A stretch of DNA of 64,000 nt from Eledone cirrhosa (GCA_964016885.1 OZ024759.1:7936001-8000000); one strand, 5' to 3'. Shown: positions 26,491 through 38,705, counted from the stretch's first letter. Program-made: numbers and translations. Notes: generated by a model from the letters alone, not told the origin.

Positions 26491-26526
26491 TATAATAAAG
26501 ATTAAAACACAAATATAATATAATAT

Positions 26527-26564
<38 letters not shown>

Positions 26565-26566
<2 letters not shown>

Positions 26567-26891
26567 TCATCATTTTACGTCCACTTTTCCCTGCTTGCAA
26601 GGGTGGGACGGGAACTGATTCTGGCTTGATTTCTACAGCTGGATGCCCTTCCTAACACCAACCTCATTTACAGTGAGTGCTGGGTGCTTTTTTTTCCGTG
26701 GCACCTCCACGACCACTTTGCAGTGGAATGATAGAACTCCAGTCCCTATCATGTCATTTCTACAGCTGAGTAAACTGGAGCAATGTGAAATAAAGTGTCT
26801 TGTTCAAGGAAACAACACATCACCCGATCTGAGAATTGAACTCACAACCTTTCAATTGCAAGGCCAGTGCTCTAACCACTATGCCATGTGC

Positions 26892-26894
<3 letters not shown>
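26565..26894 (-). mobile_element. tRNA-CORE SINE
   Basis: Same family as 5596-5944. Confidence 0.85.
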
Positions 26895-26956
<62 letters not shown>

Positions 26957-26959
<3 letters not shown>

Positions 26960-27912
26960 AGAATAAATTCTGGCTATGGAAACAGCAGTTGGAAGCAAGA
27001 GGACTGAGAGTAAATCTAGCTAAGACAAAAGTGTTGATGAGTAGAAAAGAGGACAAAACCCTGATTCCGTCAGGGAAATGGCCATGTTCGATATGCAGAA
27101 AAGGAACTGGCATAAATTCTATAAAATACACACAATGCAGGTCCTGGGTACACAAGAGATGTAGCGGGATAGCAGGCAAACTAACAGGTAGGGAGAAATA
27201 TGTATGCAGTAGATGTACAGGGAAATTAGACAGTAGAAGTCGCACTGATAGACACATTTTTCAAATGCGAGAGGGCGCTATAGAAGTGGTGGATAGCTTC
27301 CGGTACCTAGGAGATCAGATTAGCATGGGAGGAGGGTGTTCCGAGGCCATAGTATCTAGAATAAGGACGGGTTGGAAGAAGTTTAGGGAGCTGCTTCCTC
27401 TGTTGACGAAGAAGGGTTTCTCCCTGCGTACGAAAGGCCGGTTGTATGATGCCTGTGTGAGGAGCGCGATGCTGCATGGTAGTGAGACATGGGCAGCAAC
27501 CGCAGAGGATATGCAACGGCTGGAGAGAAATGAGGCAAGTATGCTCCGTTGGATGTGCAGTGTAAATGTGCGTGAACGACCCAGCATAAATGTGTTGAGA
27601 GAGAAACTGTGTCTGAGAGGGATAGAATGTAGTGTACGGGAGAGGAGACTGAGGTGGTATGGACATGTGATGCGCATGGAGGATGACCGATGGGTGAAGA
27701 AGTGCCAGGAAATGCCAGTTGAAGGAAGACGTGGTAGAGGTAGACCACGAAAAACATGGGCGGAGGTGGTGAGAACAGACCTCAGATCATTGAAGCTCAC
27801 GGTGGAGATGACGAGGGATCGTGACGAGTGGAGAGATGCTGTGCTGAATAAGACCCGTCCCACTCTTGCAAGCAGGGAAAAGCGGATGTAAAATGATGAT
27901 GATGATGATGAT
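26957..27912 (+). mobile_element. RTE family A, 5'-truncated
   Basis: ORF 26836..27891 C-terminal part; tail as in 1034-1835. Confidence 0.9.
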
Positions 27913-27989
27913 ATATATATATATATATATATCTCGTTTCTGAATTTCTTTGGCAAGATTCTTTATCTGAAATCGTGTGTTGAAACCGA

Positions 27990-28983
27990 TATTGTTATAC
28001 TTTGGGAGGGTCATGTTGCCAATAAGAAACACACGCACCAGTTGCTTTCACTTCAGTTTATTATATATTTACAAATTTATGAATTTCTGGTTGGTTGGTT
28101 GGTTCCACAACCAGATAGTTGTTTATATATAGTCATAGTCCTTTCGTCACACACTCTGTGACCTCTTCAGTGACTGGGGATTCCTTTCTTTGTTTCTGTG
28201 CCTTTACTTTGTTCTGTCCTACGCCATTTTGTTTCTGTGTGTGTGTTGTGTGCTCAGTTTGCGCATGCGCCACATCCGGGTGTCTGTGTGTGTTTATGTT
28301 CATTTATCTATTTGTTTATTTATTTATTTATTTACATGTTATTGGTTGGTTGTTTGTTCTATGTGCGTGTGTGTTTTCATTTTGTCCTTAATTGTAAGTT
28401 GGGATGTTGCTGTTCCACTCATATTTTCTATTTAATTTTGGTTGTAATTCTTTTATGTTTATTGCCTCTGTAATTTGTCTAAACATTGCATCTTTTCTGT
28501 GTGTAGATTCTATTTTTATTTCTATGTTCTCTAATTTACCCTTGTGTTCTATCTTAGCATGTTGGTAGAGTACAGATGATTCTTTATTATCTTGAAGGTC
28601 TCGCCAGTGTTCATTTATCTGTTCCCCTATACTACGAGCTGTCTCACCTATGTACACTATATTTTTGTTTCTACATTGTCCTTCAGTACATCTTATGCTA
28701 TACACTACATTTCTAGTTTTACAGTTAATATGGGGGCTTATTTTACAGTTTATACATTTCTTATCTATACATGAGGGTCTTTGAAAAGGGTATGTCTTGC
28801 TAATAAGTGTTTTTACGGAGGTACCTGGTCTTTCTACTATCTTAATATTGAGTTTATGTTTATTTAGGGCCCTTCTAAATTTGTAGGCTAAATTTGTAAA
28901 TTTATAAATATATAATAAATTGAAGTGAAAACAACTGGTGCGTGTGTTTCTTATTGGCAACATGACCCTCCCAAAGTATAACA

Positions 28984-28986
<3 letters not shown>
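27990..28986 (-). mobile_element. Penelope-like element with uninterrupted GIY-YIG frame and inverted terminal segment
   Basis: ORF 28388..28984 (VVYSIRC, YIGETAR, EAINIKELQPKLN); ~95-bp inverted repeat 27990-28080 / 28890-28986. Confidence 0.88.
28131..28175 (-). ncRNA. Hammerhead ribozyme in Penelope-like 3' region (group 2)
   Basis: Minus strand AGTCA-CTGAAGA-G-GTCACA gagtg TGTGAC-GAAA-GGAC-TA^TGACT. Confidence 0.72.
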
Positions 28987-29014
<28 letters not shown>

Positions 29015-29073
29015 TTAATAATCGAAAAACTTTTGTATTCGGCCATGTAGAGCGATAAACTATTTGTTAGTTA

Positions 29074-29352
29074 GTGATGTGTTGTTTCCTTGAGCAAGGC
29101 ACTTTATTTCACATTGCTCCAGTTTACTCAGCTGTAGAAATGAGATGATAGGGACTGGGGTCCATATCATTCCACTGTAAAGTGGACGTGTAGGCGCCAC
29201 GGCAAAAAAGCACCCAGCACTCACTGTAAATGAGGTTGGTGTTAGGAAGGGCATCCAGCTGTAGAAATCAAGCCAGAATCAGTCCCCGTCCCACCCTTGC
29301 AAGCAGGGAAAAGTGGACGTAAAATGAAATGATGATGATGATGATGATGATA
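29074..29352 (+). mobile_element. CORE-SINE lacking the tRNA head
   Basis: Same family on the + strand. Confidence 0.82.
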
Positions 29353-29359
29353 TACATCT

Positions 29360-30015
29360 GGCAGTGTTGGTAGTCTGCCGGATTGTTGTTTGTTGGTCGG
29401 TGGATGGTGGGGGCGCTATACACACAATAACAATTGTTCGAATTGCACTGTGGGTGTGTGTGTGTGCTGTTGTTTACACCAGCCATCTCATCTCGCTTCT
29501 CTCGGATCGGTTATTTATTTGTGGTCCTAGGCGTTTGATCCAAAGTGCTTCCTTGATTCTTAAAGTGCCGACATTGCGTTCTGTCGCTAGCACTGTGGCA
29601 ATGGGGCTTCCGTCTTTGTTTCCGTATTTGGTTGTGTTTCCGGAAAGACGAGGCCCTGGTGTTGATGTGCTCCTTGATCCGGATATGTAGCGGCCGGATT
29701 GTGTTACCGATATAGTAGTGGTTGCACTTGTCACATTCTACCCTGCATACAATGTACGTGCATAAGCAACAGTTCGTTTGGCGCATCAGACAGTTTTTGA
29801 CATGCGTCAACCAATTTCCCGGGTTTCCTGGAGAGGCATCTCCATAGGGAGGGGCGCGAGTGGACCAAGTGGATGTCAAGGCCCTACCTCCGTATGGCCC
29901 TGCGGATAGCGTTGGTGGTTTTCTCGCCCAGGTGCAGGAATTTAAGGAAGCACTTGCCTTAGGGTGTTTCTCTGTCTCTTGCGTCTGGTGTCTCTTACTC
30001 TCCATCGCCTGGAAT
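29360..30015 (-). mobile_element. Second Penelope-like family GIY-YIG fragment (frameshifted)
   Basis: IVCRVECDKCNHYYIGNTIRPLHIRIKEH ... LRIKEALWIKRLGPQIN. Confidence 0.78.
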
Positions 30016-30054
30016 AACTTATATATATATATATATATATTCAGAATATTAATA

Positions 30055-30930
30055 AGAGAGCTCATACCACTATTAGCCGCTAAAGGGTTCTCCCTAAAAA
30101 TGAAAGGCAGGTTGTACGATGCCTGCATATGAACAGCAATGTTGCATGGCAGTGAGACCTGGGCATTGTGTGCAGAGGATATACGCAGACTGGAAAGGAA
30201 CGAAGCTTGCATGCTCTGCTGGATGTGTAACAGTAATATACGTGAACGGCAAAGCATAAACGAACTAAGGAAAAAATTAGAAATAAGAGGGATCAGATGT
30301 TGTTTACTAGAGAGAAGGCTACGTTGGTATGGTCACGTGATGCGCATGAAGGACGATAGCTGTATAACAAAGTGCAGGGCAATAAAGATAGACGGTAGCC
30401 ACGGAATAGGCAGACCCAGAAAAACCTGGGACGAGCTGATAAATTCCGACCTCACACACTTACACCTCACCAAGACAATGTCACTGGACCGAGACCTTTG
30501 GCAGTACTCAGTAACAGAGAAGACCCGCGTTACCTAAATACAAAGTAAAACCTACTACAGCCAGTAGGCATCTCTAACAAAATACACCCGTCCCACCCCC
30601 ACCACCCCCACCCCATCCACACCACCCCGTTCTATGTAAAGTTATGTTGGTGCCACAACATCCAGGCCGAAACAAATGAGATCGTGTAGGTGTCACGACA
30701 AAAAACACACAGTCCACGCTGTAATGTGGCCGTGTAGGCAACACGGTAAAAACCTCCCAGTCCCACACTGTAAATGTGGTTGGTGTTAGGAAGGGCATCC
30801 AGCTGTAGAAAACCCGCCAGACAGTCCTATGCGAGCAAGATAACCACTCTTGCCTCAAGTGGGAAAACCCTCCGTCCAAACCCATGCAAGCATGGAACAT
30901 GGACGTTAAACGATGATGATGATGATGATG
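30055..30930 (+). mobile_element. RTE family B, 5'-truncated
   Basis: ORF 30139..30537, 3'UTR, (GAT)n tail. Confidence 0.88.
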
Positions 30931-30958
30931 AAGACATTCACATAATCAAAATATATGG

Positions 30959-31018
30959 TTTATTATATATATTTCGGAGGTACTGTGCTGTTTTTTCAGT
31001 ACGTCCTCATCAGATAAA
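30959..31018 (-). ncRNA. Type I hammerhead ribozyme (group 1)
   Basis: Minus strand TTTAT-CTGATGA-GGACGTACTG/CAGTACCTCC-GAAA-TATATA-TA^ATAAA. Confidence 0.85.
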
Positions 31019-31081
31019 ATACATGAATTGATGTATGACATACCTCAACTGTCTTGATGGTTCAATTCCAGTATTGGCAGT

Positions 31082-31112
<31 letters not shown>

Positions 31113-31113
<1 letters not shown>

Positions 31114-31730
31114 AGAAATAAGATTTCACTTCAAGCATAGCTTTATACAATATGCAAACACCAGGGGTCTAACGCCCTCTGGTGGTGTCCAGCAGAAGCA
31201 AGGGGGTCAACCGTCTATGCATTTCAGGCTTGACTGGCCTTCGTCAGGACTACTGCTACTGCTGGACTTGAAAACAGTCGAGAATATATAGTTTTCTCCT
31301 CTATGTAAATGAGGTGATTAATCTCATTTGCATATGAAGCTGCATAAGTTGGCTCAACTTATAATAGAAAAGAAATTTCGTATTTCTAAATAAATGCGGT
31401 TTTAGGAAGCCGTAGCTATGCAAACACCGGGGGCAAATGCCCTCTGGTGGTGTCCAGCTATAGAGCTATGCTTGAAGCGAAATCCTATTTCTTTTCAATA
31501 TAAGTTGAGCCAACTTATGCAGCTTCATATGCAAATGAGATTAATCACCTCATTTACATAGACGAGAAAACTATATATTCTCGACTGTTTTCAAGTCCAG
31601 TCAAGCCTGAAATGCATAGACGGTTGTCCCCCTTGCTTCTGCTGGACACCACCGGAGGGTGTTAGTCCCCCACTGTTCGCATAGCTACGGCTTCCTAAAA
31701 CCGTATTTCTTTAGAAATACAAAATTTCTG
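31113..31730. repeat. Rearranged inverted-repeat element (pLTR-like) carrying a hammerhead
   Basis: 31150-31375 is the reverse complement of ~31487-31683; additional inverted blocks present. Confidence 0.8.
31213..31250 (-). ncRNA. Minimal type I hammerhead ribozyme
   Basis: Minus strand GTC-CTGACGA-AGGC cagtcaa GCCT-GAAA-TGCA(palindrome)-TA^GAC. Confidence 0.75.
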
Positions 31731-31736
31731 TACATA

Positions 31737-32071
31737 TTCATCATTTCATTTTACGTCCACTTTTCCCTGCTTGCAAGGGTGGGACGGGAACTGATTCTGG
31801 CTTGATTTTTACAGCTGGATGCCCTTCCTAACACCAACCTCATTTACAGTGAGTGCTGGGTGCTTTTTTGCCGTGGCACCTCCACGACCACTTTACAGTG
31901 GAATGATATGGACCCCAGTCCCTATCATCTCATTTCTACAGCTGAGTAAACTGGAGCAATGTGAAATAAAGTCTCTTGCTCAAGGAAACAACACATCACC
32001 TGGTCTGAGAATTGAACTCACAACCTTTCGATTGCAAGGCCAATGCTCTAACCACTAAACCATGTGCCTCC
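31737..32071 (-). mobile_element. tRNA-CORE SINE
   Basis: Same family as 5596-5944. Confidence 0.85.
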
Positions 32072-32099
32072 ATATTGTATATATATATTTTTGTTTTGC

Positions 32100-32616
32100 A
32101 ATGTTTTTGATATGAAATCGTGTGTCGAAACAAATATTGTTATACTTGGGGAGGGTCATATTGTTGTAATAATATTGCCAGAAATAATATCAGAACACAC
32201 TGTTTGGTTGGTTTTCACTTCTATATCTTTTATATCTCCACAGTTAATTTATTTGGTAATCAACATTTATCATTGACTGACCAACGGTTAAAAATACAGA
32301 TATAAATATATACAAATGAATATATGAGAGCGATGAACACAGATACAAGTATACATGTGTTCCAATTGCAAATGATCAAGTTAGCTAGGTTGAAAAATAC
32401 TAATTTAAAATAATATGGTTTGCCTGTCTCGATTTAAAGTAATAAATCAATAAAAATAACAAACCTAAATTGGCAAATAAATATATATAAATATATAAAT
32501 ATATATATATATAGTCTATCAAAGTTCTTTTGTTGCACATCTGCAACATCATCAGTGGTACTATTATCATGTTTCCTCCTATTGTGTTGTATTGTAATGT
32601 TCACGCCATTTTTATT

Positions 32617-32648
<32 letters not shown>

Positions 32649-33440
32649 TTATTTTTGTCTTTGTCTCTGCACATGCGTTTGCATGTGTGTATAGTGTTTG
32701 GTGTGTGTTTGCGTTTGGGCGACTGTGTTTTGGTTATTGTATTCTATATTACTTTATTAGTGTGTGTTTATATGTGTTTGTTGTTACTGTACTTGTGTAT
32801 ATATTTATTTATTTATTTATTTATTTATATTTCTCTTAGGTCAGTATTTTTTTTGTTGTTGTTGTTATTGCATTCATTTTTTCTGTTTAGCTTTGGTTTT
32901 CTAAGTTCTATTTCACTGGCCTCTCTTATTTGCCTATCTGCTGGGTCATTTCTATGTTTAGATATTATTCTAATTTCTATGTTGTCTATGTTACTGTCAT
33001 GTTGTTGTCTGGCATGTTCGTATAGTACTGAACAGTTTTTTCGTCCTTTTAATTCCCCCTCCCCCCCAGTGTTGGTCTATCCTTTCACCTATGTTACGAG
33101 CTGTCTCGCCTATGTATGTTGTAGTCATGTTTATGCAAGTACCCTCTGTACATCTTATGCTATAGACTATGTTTCTAGTTTTACAGTTTATCTGGGGGTT
33201 CACTTTACATATAACACATTTCTTATTTGTACAGTGGGTTTTCTTAAAGGGGTATGTTTTGCTGATCAGGGATTTTATGGTAGTTTCTGGCTTTTCTACC
33301 ACCTTAATCTTCTACCACCTTAATCTTCTACCACCTTAATCTTCTACCACCTTAATCAAGTGGGTCTTTCTTAGGGCCTTTCTACATTGGTTAGCTAATT
33401 TCCCTCCAGGGATACTTTGGTATCTCTGGTTGTTGTACCA
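32100..33440 (-). mobile_element. Penelope-like element 3' fragment (paralog of 23070-24035)
   Basis: ORF 32997..33302 NIVYSIRC...YIGETAR. Confidence 0.83.
32518..32559 (-). ncRNA. Degenerate group-2 hammerhead (GAAA mutated to AAAA)
   Basis: Paralog of the 23269 motif: CTGATGA-T-GTTGCA gatg TGCAAC-AAAA. Confidence 0.55.
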
Positions 33441-33444
33441 TGAG

Positions 33445-33690
33445 CAAAGGTGTGCTGCAAGTTTCGAGGAAATCGGCAGGATATCTTTAAGTTACGCATC
33501 AAAAAAGCCTAAAAATGCCTAAAAAATGCAGTTTTTCGCCTAGGGCAGAAAAAGTTCAAAATCTTTTTAGCCCATTGCACTTCAAGAAATATATGTAATG
33601 CATGTGTAAAGTTTGGAAAACAATGTGTCAGGTACTTCTGGAGTTTAGGGATTTACACAGACAGACATCCTCTGTTTTATATATAGAGAG
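33445..33690 (-). mobile_element. Helitron-like 5' fragment related to the 3450 element
   Basis: Reverse complement TCTATATATAAAACAGAGGATGTCTGT...AAACTTTACACATG resembles 3450-3545. Confidence 0.5.
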
Positions 33691-33735
33691 ATTTCCAGCT
33701 GGTTGGTTTAATAAGCGGATGGTTGTTTATATATT

Positions 33736-33778
33736 GTCGAAGCTCTTTCGTCACACATTCTGTGACCTCCTCAGTGAC
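33736..33778 (-). ncRNA. Group-2 hammerhead motif
   Basis: Minus strand GTCA-CTGAGGA-G-GTCACA gaatg TGTGAC-GAAA-GAGC-TT-CGAC; paralog of the 28131 motif. Confidence 0.6.
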
Positions 33779-33902
33779 TGGTTTCTTATTTTGTGTCTCT
33801 CCGACACCATTTTATCTTTGTGTATTACCTAACACACTAATGTAACGCATGTATTCACATTGTGCAATTGTTGAAAGAATCTGATTAAATTGTATTTTTC
33901 AG

Positions 33903-34025
33903 AGGTTTTGTGAAATATAAACGTGCAGAGACCCTATATCGTGATACCAGTGATAGACTGGAGGACTGGGGGGAGATATTTAACCATTCAAAGGTCAGGA
34001 AAGGACTTCAAATGCAGGCAGCCAG
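33903..34025 (+). CDS. GLT1: Glutamate synthase exon E: GFVKYKRAETLYRDTSDRLEDWGEIFNHSKVRKGLQMQAAR
   Basis: TTTTCAG acceptor, GTAAGT donor; beta-subunit N-terminal motifs. Confidence 0.95.
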
Positions 34026-34039
34026 GTAAGTGACATTTC

Positions 34040-34765
34040 TTAACCTTTTAACATTTACATGACTCTATATATACTATTGTATTTTCATGGTAAAGGCTTT
34101 ATCTGACATAATATCTCACATAATATCTCAATTAATATCTCTCATGTCTCACATAATGTCTCACATAATACCTCACATAATATCTCACATAATACCTCAC
34201 ATAATATCTCACATAATACCTCGCGTAATACCTCACATAATACCTCACATACCTCACGTAATATCTCACATAATATCTCACATAATATTTCACATAATAC
34301 CTCACATAATGTCTCACATAATGTCTCACATAATGTCTCACATAATGTCTCACATAATATCTCACATAATACCTCACATAATATCTCACATAATATCTCA
34401 CATAATACCTCACATAATATCTCACATAATATCTCACATAATATCTCACATAATATCTCACATAATATCTCACATAATACCTCACATAATACCTCACATA
34501 ATATCTCACATAATATCTCACATAATATCTCACATATCTCACATAATATCTCACATAATACCTCACATAATACCTCACATAATATCTCACATAATATCTC
34601 ACATAATATCTCACATATCTCACATAATATCTCACATAATATCTCACATATCTCACATATCTCACATAATACCTCACATAATATCTCACATAATACCTCA
34701 CATAATACCTCACATAATATCTCACATAATGCCTCACATAATACCTCACATAATACCTCACACAT
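34040..34765. repeat. 12-bp satellite (ACATAATATCTC) grown inside a piggyBac-MITE left end
   Basis: Begins TTAACCTTTTAACATTTACATGACTCTAT, then the 12-mer array. Confidence 0.9.
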
Positions 34766-35260
34766 CCCCTCTTTCTCTCTCTCTCATATCCTCTCTCTCT
34801 CTCACACATCCTCTCTCTCTCACACATCCTCTCTCTCTTTCTCTCTCACATCCTCTCTCTCTCTCTCACACATCCTCTCTCTCTCTCTCACACATCCCCT
34901 CTCTCTCTCTCACACATCCCCCCTCTCTCTCTCTCACACATCCCCTCTCTCTCTCTCTCTCTCTCACACATCCTCTCTCTCTCTTACAGATGCTCTCTCT
35001 CTACCTCTCTCACATCCTCTCTCTCATATCGTTACTCTCTCTACCTCTCTCAATCGCCACCACTACCACAGAAACCATCACCACTATCCCTACAACGACC
35101 ACCACCACCACCATCCCCACAGCCACCACCCACTACCACTATCCCCACCATCCCCACCACCACTACACCACCACCACCACAATCCCCAACATCCCCACCA
35201 CCACTACACCACCACTACACCACCACTACACCACCACCACCACTATCCCCACCATCAATA
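34766..35260. repeat. CT-rich and CCA-rich low-complexity tract
   Basis: Directly visible. Confidence 0.9.
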
Positions 35261-35310
35261 ATTCTTCCCTTTTTAAATATTTTATTTTTCTTCCTCTTCT
35301 GTCCCCGCAG

Positions 35311-35401
35311 GTGTATGGACTGTGGGGTCCCATTTTGTCAATCCGACAATGGCTGTCCCCTTGGAAATATTATCCCTAAATGGAATGACCTTGTATATCA
35401 G
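35311..35401 (+). CDS. GLT1: Glutamate synthase exon F (Fe-S): [30 protein letters not shown]
   Basis: CCGCAG acceptor, GTATGT donor; [10 protein letters not shown]...GCP cluster motif. Confidence 0.97.
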
Positions 35402-35449
35402 GTATGTGTGAGAAAAACTCCTTTATAATTTTATAACATCCACACCTTT

Positions 35450-36220
35450 TGGTGTCCTTGGCCCTAGGGCTACCTCCCTACTTACCACCATTGACACAGA
35501 GTTGGCTACCCCTAGCAGTGGAGGCTTCTGGTGTCCTTGGCCCTAGGGTCACCTCCTTACTCCCTACCATAGGTGCAGAGTTGGCTACCCCTAGCAGTGG
35601 AGGCTTCTGGTGTCCTTGGCCCTAGGGTCACCTCCTTACTCCCTACCATAGGTGCAGAGCTGGCTACCCCTAGCAGTGGAGGCTTCTGGTGTCCTTGGCC
35701 CTCGGGTCACCTCCCTACTTACCACCATTGACACAGAGTTGGCTACCCCTAGCAGTGGAGGCTTCTGGTGTCCTTGGCCCTAGGTCTACCTCCCTACTCA
35801 CCACCATAGGTGCTGAGCTGGCTACCCCTAGCAGTGGAGGCTTCTGGTGTCCTTGGCCCTAGGGCTACCTCCCTACTCACCACCATAGGTGCTGAGCTGG
35901 CTACCCCTAGCAGTGGAGACTTCTGGTGTCCTTGGCCTAGGGCTACCTCCCTACTTACCATCATTGACACAGAGCTGGCTACCCCTAGCAGTGTAGACTT
36001 CTGGTGTCCTTGGCCCTAGGGTCACCTCCTTACTCCCTACCATAGGTGCAGAGTTGGCTACCCCTAGCAGTGGAGGCTTCTGGTGTCCTTGGCCCTAGGG
36101 CTACCTCCCTACTCACCACCATAGGTGCTGAGCTGGCTACCCCTAGCAGTGGAGGCTTCTGGTGTCCTTGGCCCTAGGGTCACCTCCTTACTCCCCACCA
36201 TAGGTGCAGAGCTGGCTAGC
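35450..36220. repeat. 79-bp minisatellite, ~10 copies
   Basis: Unit TGGTGTCCTTGGCCCTAGGG...CCCTAGCAGTGGAGGCTTC. Confidence 0.93.
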
Positions 36221-36387
36221 CACAGGTATGAGCCTCATGGCCTTGAATGACTCTTCCAGTGTATCCCCCTCACATCCTCCAGTGCGTGGGACCTCATTTG
36301 CTCATAATCTTATTATAAAGAATTTTTCTTTACAACAAATTTTGTTATAATGGAATTTCACTGTATTATCCTCTATTCTGTTTGCAG

Positions 36388-36474
36388 GGCAACTGGCAGG
36401 AAGCACTGGCTACTCTACTGCAAACAAACAACTTCCCAGAGTTCACTGGACGTGTATGTCCAGCCCCATGTGAG
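36388..36474 (+). CDS. GLT1: Glutamate synthase exon G: [29 protein letters not shown]
   Basis: TTTGCAG acceptor, GTAAGA donor; [16 protein letters not shown] motif. Confidence 0.97.
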
Positions 36475-36665
36475 GTAAGACTGATTCCTCTCCCAGAGAG
36501 TTTACTGCCAGAGTTTCACTTCATTTTCATAGAGTTTATACAACATATAACAACCAAATCATCCCCGTGATGTGTCCAATGTGTTACCTTGATCTGCTTG
36601 AAATAACAGCCAAATCTCTCTCCTATTCTACCTTAACCCTTTAGCATTCACATTAATTTGTCAAT

Positions 36666-36788
36666 CTGAGTTCAAATCCTGCCGAGGTTAACTTTGCCTT
36701 TCATCCTTACAGGGGTCGATAAAATAAAGTACCAGTAATACACTGGATTAATTGCTGGCCTTGTGCCAAAAGTAGAACCAATTATTTT
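36666..36788 (+). mobile_element. Meta-domain-like SINE fragment
   Basis: B-box GAGTTCAAATCC, GCCGAGGTTAACTTTGCCTTTCATCC...GGTCGATAAAATAAAGTACC; domain name from recall. Confidence 0.6.
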
Positions 36789-36959
36789 GAGTTAATCATA
36801 CGCAAGAGGGTTATCAATTTTATTTGTTTGTAATTTTCTTAATTTTCTATGTGAAGGCTTGAAATTTTGTCAGTAGATGTTTAAATATCAATAATTTACA
36901 ATTATATAAATTTACCTGATTTTTTTTGGTTAAATTTGACTTTTATGGGCAGGTGAAAT

Positions 36960-37250
36960 TAATTAATAGGGGCATTTGAAGTATCAACCAGGTGCAAATA
37001 CTGGTTTAATTTGAAATACCTTGTTTTCGGCATAATACTTGATATATAAGGATCACTAAACCTTATATCAGTGTACCAGTAATTCCACAGTCTTGGACAT
37101 TGTTTTATACCGAACATAATATTTACGGTAAAAAATGCTTGCATTTCCGCAGCATCTGTCAGTCGCCAAACAGATCGGGTTTTCCTTGATTTGAAATCTG
37201 TTGTTGGGCATATCAATTAATTACTTCTACCACAACTTCGAAGAAAGTTT
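36960..37250 (-). mobile_element. piggyBac (PGBD-like) transposase fragment
   Basis: EMQAFF..NIMFGIKQCPRLWNYW...PYISSIMPKTRYFKLNQYLHLVD. Confidence 0.7.
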
Positions 37251-37281
37251 GTGGTAAAAACAAAAAGAAATAATCCAGTGC

Positions 37282-38705
37282 TTAACATTTACATTACTCT
37301 ATATATACTATTATATTTTCACAGTAAAGACTTTATCTCACATAATATCTCACATAATATCTCACATAATACCTCACATAATATCTCACATAATACCTCA
37401 CATAATATCTCACATAATATCTCACATAATACCTCACGTAATATCTCACATAATATCTCACATAATACCTCACATAATACCTCACATAATATCTCACATA
37501 ATATCTCACATAATATCTCACATAATATCTCACATAATACCTCACATAATATCTCACATAATACCTCACATATCTCAGATAATACCTCACATAATATCTC
37601 ACATATCTCACATAATATCTCACATAATATCTCACATAATATCTCACATAATACCTCACATAATATCTCACATAATATCTCACATAATACCTCACATATC
37701 TCACATAATACCTCACATAATATCTCACATATCTCACATAATATCTCACATAATACCTCACATAATATCTCACATAATATCTCACATAATATCTCACATA
37801 ATATCTCACATAATATCTCACATAATACATCACATAATATCTCACATAATATCTCACATAATACCTCACATAATATCTCACATAATATCTCACATAATAC
37901 CTCACATAATATCTCACATAATACCTCACATAATATCTCACATAATACCTCACATATCTCACATAATACCTCACATAATATCTCACATATCTCACATAAT
38001 ATCTCACATAATATCTCACATAATATCTCACATAATACCTCACATAATATCTCACATAATATCTCACATAATACCTCACATATCTCACATAATACCTCAC
38101 ATAATATCTCACATATCTCACATAATATCTCACATAATATCTCACATAATATCTCACATAATACCTCACATAATATCTCACATAATATCTCACATAATAT
38201 CTCACATAATACCTCACATAATATCTCACATATCTCACATAATATCTCACATAATACCTCACATAATACCTCACATAATACCTCACATAATACCTCACAT
38301 AATACCTCACATAATACCTCACAAAATATCTCACATAATACCTCACATAATATCTCACATAATATCTCACATAATATCTCACATAATATCTCACATAATA
38401 TCTCACATAATATTTCACATAATACCTCACATAATATCTCACATAATATCTCACATAATACCTCACATAATATCTCACATAATATCTCACATAATATCTC
38501 ACATAATATCTCACATAATATATCACATAATATCTCACATAATATCTCACATAATATCTCACATAATATCAAATCTATGAGATTTTGATATTATTTACTT
38601 TGAGAACAATACCTTAACATCAGTATGAGTGACTGGCCACAGCCAGTTTGAAGAGAAAGAGGGGAGAGAACTCTGGCCAGATACGACTGGTTTAAATGTT
38701 AAAGA
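37282..38705. repeat. piggyBac-MITE carrying ~100 copies of a 12-bp satellite
   Basis: MITE internal and right-end sequence as in 58720-58859 flanks the ACATAATATCTC array. Confidence 0.9.
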
